From: Schmidtea polychroa
Taxonomy: Eukaryota
Assembly (NCBI GenBank): GCA_044892525.1
Contig: CM097885.1
Location: forward strand, 6,078,001-6,142,000
DNA: 64,000 nt
Reading direction: 5' to 3'
A model generated the notes under the pieces. The model ran no database searches. It was given only the letters and a program-made list of their open reading frames with translations, and was not told the origin of the DNA. Below are positions 53,179 through 64,000 of this stretch, one piece after another. Made by a program: the position numbers and the translations under genes. How positions within the stretch are numbered: position 1 is the stretch's first letter; each line of letters opens with the position of its first letter.

Positions 53179-53870
53179 CTAATTAAGATTTATTAATTAA
53201 AGTTCTCTTTTTATTAATATTCCGCGTCATTTTCCCCCTTTATCGTTTTCCCCCTAATATCCAGAATACTTTATTTTATTAGTGTTTCGATAAACCTTTA
53301 CATTCTACTTATTACCCTTAACAACCCCGTCTCCCTCTTTTTAATGCTCTATTCCGCGCAAATTTCTTTCATGATCTTGTGATTTTATTACAATCGTTTT
53401 AATTATATATAACCCATACCCCATTCCTTATCGCCATATTTTACACGTTTTCTGATTAAGTTTAATTTCATTGTTCATTTGTTCTATCTTTATTAGCGTG
53501 CTATCCCCCCTTTTCCCTATTTTTTAAATTTTTATTATTTCTTTATATTTACATTTTATTCATCGTTAATATTTACAATTTTATTATAATTTGTTTTCGT
53601 TTTAATTTTCGTTTATCATCATTCATTCTATTACTACGTTATTCGTACAGTATTCTCATACCCATTTTCAATACATTCATATGTCGTCATACTTTAAAAC
53701 TTCCATCACTCATTTAGACATTCTACATACATTTTATCATATTCACATATCCATATACTAAGTTTAGGCGCTTGGGAAAACAACCTGCTCGGTCTTGAAT
53801 GCATATCACTTTATATCAGCTTTTACTCTCTCCATTATATCTATTCTCGGGTTCTTTCACCAATTAAATT

Positions 53871-53893
53871 TTCAAATCCCGGCTGAGCCCCCA
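53871..53893 (-). promoter_or_regulatory. Primer binding site, tRNA-Pro
   Basis: Minus strand TGGGGGCTCAGCCGGGATTTGAA (cf. the tRNA-Pro PBS TGGGGGCTCGTCCGGGAT), 4 nt after an LTR-like ...ATACA end. Confidence 0.9.
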
Positions 53894-54275
53894 AATTTGT
53901 ATGGTGGGTTACTGGTGGTTGAATGTTTAAGTGCTGTTACCAGCGTAACCCAGAATACAACATTGTTTTCCTCTTGGTACCCGTTGAGCAATCAACGTTG
54001 GTACTGTACCAAGGGGTTGAGTACTCGCAAAAAGTGAGCGCGTCAAGCACTGTAATTGTCGAGCACTCTATGGGTTCACGGACGCCGATAGAAGGCACGT
54101 GTCCGATTTATTTCGGTCCCTCATCGAGATTGTTTTTCCAAGCGCCTTCCCGCCAACCATCCTGTTTTAGACAACAGCAAAGTTCACTCTCATACTCATT
54201 AAATAACAAGAATCATTTATTAAGCCACCACCATATTACACAGATTGTTCACGCACTCTCGAACGCCTCCCAAGA

Positions 54276-54709
54276 TCATGGATTGACTTCAGGCTCTTTC
54301 ACTTTCTCCTGCTCGGCCAGCCAGGCCCTTTTCAATTTCTCTCGGGTGGTCCGCCCTAACCGTTTGCGTTTCGGCTTGTTCGTCTGGGCCGGTGGGGATA
54401 TCTGGGCCAGTTCTACGGGAAACGGGCGAATTTGTGTTTGGAGGGTGCTCTGGATGACCCCTTCATTCAGCTTGGCTTCGAGCGAGCGTACCTGCAATTT
54501 CAACGCTCGGATTTCGAGTTGGTCCCGCTCCGCCTGGGCCTGGAGCTGCAGAATGTGTGCCGTGCGTTTCTTCATCTCGGCCGGGCAGAACCAAGTACCT
54601 TGGAGTTCCCGGTACTTCGTCTTGAGTTTTTCGACCCGGCCTCGGAGGTCCTCAGCTTGTTGTTGGGCCTGTTCGCGGTCCCTGCGCAGACTCTCGAATA
54701 GTTTGTACA
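54276..54709 (-). CDS. LTR-embedded coiled-coil exon/ORF
   Basis: GC-rich coding-like block after a TTTTAG acceptor at 54710; heptad pattern, basic KPKRKR; AATAAA at 54216-54221 (minus strand). Confidence 0.55.
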
Positions 54710-55055
54710 CTAAAAGGGAACAATAATAAAATTTCGTCGCTCGTAGCCATGTGCATAAAGGCAATTTGATTATAAAATTAGGACTGAAGAGTAAAAAAGG
54801 GGGGGGGGTCATCCCGTCCCTGGAGACACCCCATACGAAATAAGACTTATATGTAGTGTCCAAAAGCTGATCTATAGTACGACAAATGTGCACGCTAAAC
54901 CATCACGTAAATATTTTAATAATAAAACAAATTATTTTAATAATAAAACAAATTTTACAAATTGTCCTAATTACTACAAGAACAAAACAAAGAAAAAATT
55001 CCGGCACAACATAATATCACTAGTTATTTCACTCCGCATTGCCACTCCCGGTGGG

Positions 55056-55421
55056 CTAGACCGGGTTCTTGCGGGGCCTTCCTCGTTTTCGTGGAGGGGC
55101 ATCTGTCTCCTCCAGCTCTTCGGGAGTTACCCCCAGCATTTCGGCTTTGAGTTGGATCTCGAGTCTCCTCAGCCGCTTCTGGGCCTCTACCACCTCGTCG
55201 GCCGCTCGATCGCGGGCTTCCCATAACACGTTGTTGGTGGGTTCTACTTTTACCCACGCCGGGGCATCTACTTCGGGGCCCGTCCGGATTACTTGGTTGG
55301 AACAATCTAAGTCCCGCCCCTGGCTCCACCGATGGATGTGATACCAGACGTACCGGGACCGGAGCCGGGTGATCATTTGCCGATCGGCTTCTCCTTCGCT
55401 AAAATCATCTGATTGAGACAT
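55056..55421 (-). CDS. LTR-embedded ~121-aa protein with C-terminal AT-hook
   Basis: ATG at 55421 just after a TTGCAG acceptor; coiled-coil followed by PPRKRGRPRK. Confidence 0.6.
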   Translation of the reverse strand: MSQSDDFSEGEADRQMITRLRSRYVWYHIHRWSQGRDLDCSNQVIRTGPEVDAPAWVKVEPTNNVLWEARDRAADEVVEAQKRLRRLEIQLKAEMLGVTPEELEETDAPPRKRGRPRKNPV

Positions 55422-58319
55422 GCCTGCAATGTAAAGGTCAAGACCCTTGTACGACCAGTGTGACTTATCAAATAAAGTCATGATACCAATATACGAAAGT
55501 TTCATGCTTAAGATAAGGTGTAACTTAATTGTCTAATTTACTATAATTAATCTAATTAATTATGACTTAAAATTTTTGATTTAGATTTATTAGCGCACCC
55601 TCTTAATTAATAAACTAAAGAAAGATTTCGTCAACATTAAGTATTTACGCAAGAGATTCTATACCCTGTCCGATATTGCACTAAAGGTCATTTTGTTTTA
55701 AATTGCTATTTTTAATTCTTATAATTTGTTTACCACTAGTTGGTAATTTAAAATTTCATATGTTAAATTTTCTTGATATTTTCAGAAAATTGGAATAATT
55801 ATCACTAAATGCGGGTACATCAGGCGGTGGGTATTAGTGACGAGCTCAGTTTCTTGCTCACTTGCTCCTCCCCTGGTTGTGCTCGTTATAAGTGGTACAA
55901 CCATCCTTTATGAATTTGGTAATTTATTTATTTATCGTATACTTTTAATTTAAGGACGTTTGACGACAATTCCTTCTGGCTGGAGATGTAGAAGTTTAGA
56001 TTTTGGAGATCATCATGCGATTCCTAGACAGGACTTATATTTTTGGGTCCGCAGTGGTTGGATACTGTAAGTTGTTGGTCATAATAAAAATCTTTCGTCT
56101 TTTATCAATGATGATTTAATTTGCTAACGAACCAAGTTACATGTTTACCATTCATTCGGAATTTAAAAGGGTTAGCTTACGTATTTGATCATACACTCCC
56201 ACCCATATTCTCCGGTAACTTGGATGCTGGTAACACTCTCTCGGGGGGGGGGGGGGTGTTACTAAAAATAGCTATTAAGGATTTTTCTCATTCCTATTGG
56301 ATCCAGGGGGTTTGCTACTAAATTTAGCTTTGGAGAAAGTTCTAAATCGATATTTCGATTAGAATATCGATTTTGGGAAGTAATAATTACCGATAGTAAT
56401 AATAACATATAACTAATATATACAACTAATGTATGTAACTAATATACATAACTATAATACATATAACTAATAATATTAATGATGATAATAATAATAACTA
56501 TAATAATCTTAACCATATTAATAATAATGATAATAATAAAAATAATAATACTAATGATAACGATAATAATAATAATAATAATCTAATTATTTCAATTGAT
56601 AATTTATGATTTTAGTAAGATGGTTATATTCTTAATTCTAACGTCGTACGCTTCGATGTAAGCTATTGTAGCTATCTGTATTTTATATATTAATTATAAA
56701 TTCTTATAATTCATTTTTACATTTATACCTTATATTTATTATATTTTATAATACAAATTTACCTCGAATTATTTCCATCTCCTATTTTTGTAGCTAAAAG
56801 TTATAATTATGTATAGCTTATATTCAAAAATATTTCATATATAACTCATTATAATTTACAATTTTTTATTTTATAATTTGCAATTTTATAGTCGACGTTA
56901 TATATAACTTTTACAAATTACCTTTTGTAGCCAATATTGTTTCCTAATTGTTTAAGGTAGTGAAGATTTATTTGTAACTATTTTTAAGTTATGTTTTCAG
57001 GATTAATACACATCTATAGTTTACATATAACTAGTTATAGGTTATATTTTCAATCAAAATTTATATACTATTATTTCTGATCTATACTTTATAATTAACT
57101 TTTAATCATACCTATTGATAATTTATAGTTTTAAGATCGACATGATTCATATATATACATCATTTTATAATTATTTGCAATTTATATTGTTATAATTAAA
57201 ATTTTTACATAACTAATTATGATTTAGTTTATCAGGACCCAAAATTCACACGGAAATATTTATAGGATTCATCTTTGTGGTTAAAATCTATCCACTACTA
57301 TTACTAGGTTATCTTTGTAAAGTTGGCATATATATATACAATTTATACATGACTAGATATCGTTTATATTCTCTAACCCAGATACGCTTATTTATGGTTT
57401 AACTTCATGGTCAAGATCTATCCATATTGTTCATGGGTGATGTTTTTTAAGCTGAATAATTATACACAAATAGGGTAGAAATTCTGATCCATTCGCAATT
57501 TATTTTCTGGAGAGTTAAATGTTATAATATTTACATTTAAATTGGACTCATTAGAACTATAAGCAACTTAGAAACCTACTCAGATTACGTTCTGCCTATA
57601 CGTATGCCAAATATCTTTATCATTTCAATTACTTTAATTCCAATAAAATTCTACTTTCGTTATTACAAAACTCTAAGTTCGGCAAACGTATAAGCATAAT
57701 CGAAATTTATTACTATTCAACCGACTACATTGCTGTATTGTAGAATTGTATAAGTTTGGGTCTGAGATCTACTCGATTAGAATTCTAGTGTAATTTAGTG
57801 TATAGAATTTTTAGTGGTGATTTTAATTGTGTAATGCATTCATAGTCGGGAAGAATGCTTGCTTACACGGCCCCACTGTGACCGCTACGACAAGCCCTAC
57901 TGTTGTGTTGAGTCGAAACATCACTGTCGACCGATAAATAAAGTATATGGAGCCATAGCGGAGGGGTTTTATCGACACAACTCCATGGTAGAACCATGAA
58001 GTGGCCGACCTCCGATGACCAAACAAAAAAAATATATAAGGTATATTGCGTGTCTGCATGTGCTATAGATTTTACAAATTGATCGAATGTAGGACTGATT
58101 AGAGACGCATATGTATCAATACGCCGCCGATCCTTCTTACATGAGATAAAAATGATAAGTGTGGTTTGATCTAAGCATAATTAATATTAACAATAACGAT
58201 CAAAGTTAAGTTAAGATAAAAAAAAATAAATAATATCATTATACATCAAAATTCAAATAACAAATACTCACTATCTTCAAGTTTTCGCAAAAAAGAATTT
58301 GGCATAAAAAAGTGATTCT

Positions 58320-58961
58320 TGTGGCTGAAACGTGTCAGTATATATACCTATTTTGTACACGTGTATGTATTGATGCATTAAAACAAACTCGAATTCTTTT
58401 TATTCCAGAATTTTCTATTTCATGATTTTTATATTTTTTGTGGAAATTTTAGTGCTATAATTTTTGTTTTTATTTTTAAATTTTTATGTTTTAATTATTT
58501 TTTCATTAATTTACGTCCATGATGGATTTGGAACGGTTCCAGAACATTCTATTTTACTTTTAATTTAATTTTTATTTTAACTGATGTTTTTATGAATTTC
58601 TTTTTGAGATTTTTTATTTTTAATACTAATTTATTTATTTTCCTTAACTTTTGTTGTTCTAGATGACTTTTGTGATGGTCATCGCCATTTTATAGAATGT
58701 TCTGGGTTTTTCTGGAATGTTTTACTATTTTTATCGTCTTTTAAGTTATTCGAGTTTGCTTTTGGTAATTCTATGTTTGTTTGGTTATTTTTGAGTTAGA
58801 TTTTTGCATCACTTCTTGCTTCTGTATAATTTTATTTAATTTCTTTGTTTATGTTTTTGTTGCTTTCTCCTTTAGTTAATATTGTTTATTTGGTGTAGGT
58901 TTTAATATTTAACTATACTTTTTGCTTTTTACATGTTGTGTACCTGCACGTTTCAGTCACA
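58320..58961. mobile_element. TGT...ACA element with terminal inverted repeats (solo LTR or non-autonomous TIR element)
   Basis: TGTGGCTGAAACGTG ... CACGTTTCAGTCACA (14/15 match); no clear TSD. Confidence 0.5.
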
Positions 58962-60130
58962 ATTAGTAGTTTGGGTCTAGAAATCAGTTCTAGCCCAACA
59001 CAAATATAATTTATAGTTTTATAAGAATTTGAAACTTGAAGCTAAATTTGATAGAATGATAAACTCAACACATTTTTATGAAGTAAATACCTGTGTAATA
59101 TGAACAACTCCAATATAGTATGTTAACGTATTCACAAATGATTCGACAGAAACCACTAATAATAATCTCGCATTTTCGAATTCTCTTAAATTCGTTTTCC
59201 GTAAAGGTTTTAACACAGATGTTCGAAGAAGACGGTACGGACTAGGAGAGTGAAAAAATCATAAAACGATGAAGGGACAAGATAAAATGGGGCACAATGC
59301 ATTATACGGTAGCCTATGAACTCAGCCACTCATCAGATCATTAGCAGTTTTTGAGATAGGGCTCACCTTTTGCTGACAGCCACCCGCTAAATGGCAGAAC
59401 CAACATTTCTGGCGACCTGCGTTTAGTGGACAATAAAAATTATTAAGCGGGGTTGCTAGGGGGAAAGTTTTCCCACACTTAACCAACCGGATAAATCATT
59501 TATATCTTTTTTTTTGTTGAATCGAAGTTTAAGAAAATGAAGTCAAAAAAGAGGCCAGGAGTAGAAAATAGAAAACCATTTCGCGGTTCATAGTATCAAC
59601 ATTATATTTATAGTTTAGTATACGGCAGATGATTTAGGATAAAATTAGGGTAATAAATATAATCCAATAGCTTTCTACTCGAAGCATTTCGTTTTATTTA
59701 CTTTGAATTTGTTAAAATTAATATATTAAAGTTTATGTCCTTACTTTAGTTTTAGTCAGTGTCTCAAGATTTCTTTTAAGTTGGCTTTGTGCAAAATATC
59801 CATCTACTCTTTTGCTTCAGTCAACAGTCTCTTAATTCCGGCACAATTATTTAGAAAATTAAAATTATATTTTAACGAAACTGTAAAACATACCTGACAC
59901 AATACGTGCTAATTCATTTAATTTTAATTTCTTAGTTTTTTCTAAAAATGGTTTAATAATTTTTCAAATTTCATATCTTGTATAAAATTAATATTTTAGT
60001 TTTTTGATTTTGATATTTTTTGAAAATATTTGCTTTGTTTAAATATTGATAATTAGTTTAATTAATTAATGATAGAAAATATTATATATAGAAATTATAA
60101 TTACATCAAATTATTATTTTTTTTAAACCA

Positions 60131-61825
60131 ATGTTAAATATATTTGATCAATTTCCCGTTGTTTCTGAAATTGTATTGTATTTACCTTGGGAAGACTTGA
60201 GTATGTTTAAAAAGTAACATTAAATAAAAATATTTCAATCTCCATTATTACAATTCATCATAGATTGAACACACTGTGTTCTGAAGTGACTGAACGCGAA
60301 GAAATAAGAAGATGTAATGGCATTTGTTTTGGTCATCAAAAGTTAGAAAAAAATAAAAAAATATCACTAAACCGTAAACGAATTATTTATAACAACTCTT
60401 TAGTAGAATTAAAGGTTTATAAAATTTATTATTAAATAATTTTTTATAGTAAAATATTATTTTCTATAAAATTTGATATATTGCAGAAAAATTTTCAATG
60501 TAAAAATCCGAAATTAATTTTAATAATGTCAAATGAAAATGATAAGAAACCGTTTTTAGAGGATTTATTAGTGAATCAATGCCATCCTGAAGCTGTGATT
60601 TGTTATCTTTACTATCATCACGGCAATATCGGAACCATCTACAATTCACTATCGAATAAATTAGAATTGAATTATTCATTCTCTAGACAAATACCGTCAT
60701 TCAGTTGGCTTTGCCTCCCAATTGATATCGATGCTCGCATTTTATCCACCGGTTCCGATATGAGTTCCAATACGAAATTGGTAATCGTGTTCAATGTCAG
60801 TTTAGATGATTGTTTATATTTATATTGGTCATTTACAGCCGGGAAAAAGAGGGGGGGCATTAATTAATGATTATTAATTCCCAGCCGGAACCGATTTAAT
60901 CAAATGATGATGAGTTCTTACTTATTCGATTGAACCAATGAGAACAATGAATAGTTCCACGCGACTAAGACAAACATCTTTCTAAATACACACAATTCAC
61001 ACAGTGCTTCTGATTGGATCGTTTTTTGTGACTTTTGATTTGTCAATTCTATTTTGGGGTTTCCGCTTTTTCATTCGTTGCCTTTCACTTCGATTATCGT
61101 TCAAACATGTTTTAGACATCGACATTAAGTCAATATATTATAAATCACTAATTATTGATTATAAATTTCACATTTCACGTTTTATTATTGATTTATCAGA
61201 CCGAGTACAGTAAAGACATTTATCCTGATAGCATGTTTCCCAATGACACCAGCAATGGTAATCAGATATGTTACAGTGGCGGCCTCGTCAAGAGAATAGA
61301 ATTATTTGATCACTCAAAGCGCCACTTCGTAAAGTTATATTTAGATTATAAATGTTACAGCTTATAACAAATTGTAATCAGATCAAATCATGTTTCCATA
61401 GCAATCGCTGGGGATAATTTCCACGTTTTCCCAATCATCCTCACTGAAGAACATTGTGAAATCGAATCTCTTATAATAGTTGAACTAGCAAATGTTTTAT
61501 GTCAAAGATTTTAATTTAAATTTAGGAATTCAGCTATATCAAAGCAAAATATGAAGAGTTTGTTAAAGATAAAATAATCAGCTATCAATGCGTGTTGGTG
61601 TTTTCTTGTTATTTTAGGAACTCCATTCTATATCAGTCAGAAGGCAAAATTACTGAGTATGAATTGTTTGCAGAGTATTTCCCTGACATTCCTATAAGTG
61701 GCATTATATCCAAGGCGCAGATCTTTCATTTAAATAGCAAATTAATTCGTCTCGTTAAAGGTTTACACAACGATGATTTGGAGGAGCTTTCGTCAGTTTA
61801 TTTAATAATGGCTTGGACTAAATAA
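60131..61825 (+). CDS. Multi-exon F-box + FIST-C domain protein (FBXO22-like)
   Basis: First exon MLNIFDQFPVVSEIVLYLPWEDL (F-box-like); last exon VFSCYFR...EYELFAEYFPDIPISG...SSVYLIM (FIST C-terminus); short AT-rich introns, internal exon boundaries unresolved. Confidence 0.6.
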
Positions 61826-62011
61826 ATATTTTTTACTTTATTGATTTTTTTTTACTTAGAATATAATAATTAATTTTTTCTAAATAATTCATGTTAATTA
61901 TAATTATCTAAATTTACTATTTTCTCCATCTAACATTTAAGTTAGTAAATTTTTTCTAATTATATTTGATGAATTTTGTTTAAATATTACAAATTCATTT
62001 TTGCAATCCTA

Positions 62012-64000
62012 ATGAAAAGCAAGACACAAAAGTTATCAGAAAATTCTCAAGTGAAATTTAAAGTAGTAAATATTTTTATTTAATTATTTTTGTCAAATTA
62101 GAATGAAAATCAGAATAATACCAACGAAAATATTAAAATAGATAAATCTTTTACTCAGAAAAAAGTAAAAAAGGATAAAAATATACTTACAGATGATGAT
62201 ATTAATAAGTATGAAATAACTATCTTAGAGAATAAAATAGAAAATAAAAAATCGCAGGTTATAAAGTCTTCTTTGAAAACTGTGTTAAATTGGAAATTAT
62301 TAGGCCAGTGAAGTATTACCTGAATGGATAAGCAATTGTGTTAATATTGAAAATTCTCTTTCAAATTCCAAACCATTATCAGATGAGGTTTATATTTCCA
62401 ACGAATTGAAAATTTCATTGGAGAAAATTAAAATCGAAAAATTATTTCCTGGTTCATCTTAATACTCTTCGTAAAATCGTATTTAAATTTGTTCCAGTTC
62501 AATATACCGTAATACCTGCCATTCTGAATTCATGGAAGACAATTAATATCTTCAGACCGATAGATATATGCGTTTGTGCTCCAACAGGTAGTGGTAAAAC
62601 CCTTGCTTATGTTATCCCCATATTGCAGGTAAATCTAATTTATTAATTAATTCGATACATTTTTTTTGTATTTTATCATTGATATTTTTATTCGGATAGA
62701 TAATTAATTATTAAATATAAATTATTTGTAATCGATTCATAATTATTGTTGCATTGATAATAATTATTATATGAACTATCGGGGGGTTTGAGATTGATAA
62801 ATATGCTATAAACATGCGCATAACATTGCTGGATTGATAATTAATTTGCTGACAGCTGCTGGTGGAATCATCTGGGCAATCTGACGGCCCTAGGGCAATT
62901 GTCATACTACCTATTAGAGATCTAGCCAAGCAAGTCCATCAAGTGTTCCAGAGCGTATCGAAACAGCTGGGCATTAGAAGCGCACTTATTACTGGCCACA
63001 AGAACTTGATCCAGGAACGGAAGGATCTATTTGATCAGTAATATCCCGATAATATATTCCTGTGATTTGATTGGTTGACAGGAAACCACATGTGATTGTG
63101 TGCACGCCAGGCAGACTAGTAGAGCATATCAAGAATTCCGAGCGTCTCAATCTGTCATTCCTTCAGTTACTGGTGATAGACGAGGCCGACCGAGTGCTAG
63201 CAGACCCAAAACACGATTGGTTCATTACACTCACGAAGCATATCAACATGGGGAAAAGATTCAAGGACATCCAATCGAGTTTTACCCAGCACGGATTCCC
63301 CGTCATTCAGAAAGTTCTCCTATCAGCCACATTGACAAGTCAGCCGCATCTCCTCGAGCACTTCGATCTCCACCTGCCGAAACTGTTTGTCATCGGGAAT
63401 AAAATCGCTCAGAAATCAGCAATCGGAGGAGACCTGGGAGAGAATTTCGCTGCTCCCGAAGGATTGAAGGAATATTTCGTTGTGTACAGCAAAGAGTACT
63501 GCAGGATCATTTTCATTGTGGATCAGATATGCCGGCAGAAAATGTCCCACATCCTTTGCTTCACCAATACGAAGGAGAGCGCAACCAGGCTCAATCAGCT
63601 CCTCAATCAATTCGATAATATTCGATCCGCTCATGTTCATTGCGATCAACCGCCACAGGTCCGGGAGAAATTGCGCCGCAGCCTTGAAACCGGGAAAATC
63701 GATATTCTCGTTACCGTGGACTCGATGGGGCGTGGCATGGACTTGTCGGGTGTTCGATGTGTCATCCAGTACGATGTCAGCTCTGATCCCGCTACATATG
63801 TGCATCGGGTTGGGCGAACCTCTCGGGCAGGACAAACCGGAATCGCCTACTGTCTCGTATTGCCGGGTCAGGTTTACCATTTGAAATCGAATCTGATGAA
63901 ATGCGGTCGGGATATCAAGAATTGCAAGTTCTCACAGGGCAAGACATACAGATACATGAATCAGTACAACGCTGCACTGGCCAAATTGCAAGGAGGAACT
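62012..64000 (+). CDS. DDX51: DEAD-box RNA helicase, DDX51/Dbp6-like, multi-exon, continues past the window end
   Basis: FPVQ..VIP, DICVCAPTGSGKTLAYVIPILQ, VILPIRDLA.QV, TPGRLVEH, VIDEADR, LLSATL, GRGMD, YVHRVGRTSRAG. Confidence 0.85.

Larger units (their letters stand above)
53898..58245 (-). mobile_element. Putative ~4.3-kb 5' LTR of a giant Gypsy-like element (distal boundary tentative)
   Basis: The proximal end is fixed by the PBS (+ strand TGTATGG at 53898). The distal end is guessed at ...ATTATACA (58245) from TGTAT/ATACA symmetry; no second LTR is present to confirm it. Confidence 0.5.

Noticed and set aside
59300..59350. Hammerhead-like CTGATGA-GTGGC..GCTAC on the minus strand
   Set aside because: No GAAA after stem II.

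Overview
AT-rich eukaryotic (animal-like; planarian-like features are inference only) genomic window with short introns and dense transposon debris. 1-2208 is a ~149-bp satellite array. ~6175-14243 is a right-truncated but otherwise ORF-intact Polinton/adintovirus-like endogenous virus: major capsid, Zn-finger/PLA2/integrase fusion, A32-like packaging ATPase, pX-like core protein, conserved unknown, adenain-like protease and penton. No pPolB is visible in the window. Its left arm carries three tandem tRNA-like Pol III units (A box, B box, T-run), the most novel-looking signal here and a possible VA-RNA analogue. Further along are hAT, pogo/Tigger, mariner and Gypsy relics, an in-frame proteasome alpha3 (PSMA4)-Hsp90 chimeric fragment, an LDLa+TM exon, a decayed 18S rDNA fragment and an intact RPLP0 gene. 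These are followed by the 5' half of a giant Gypsy-like element (multi-kb LTR containing ORFs, tRNA-Pro PBS, IAP-type RING ORF, repeat-rich leader, gag), an F-box/FIST gene and a DDX51-like helicase running off the right edge.
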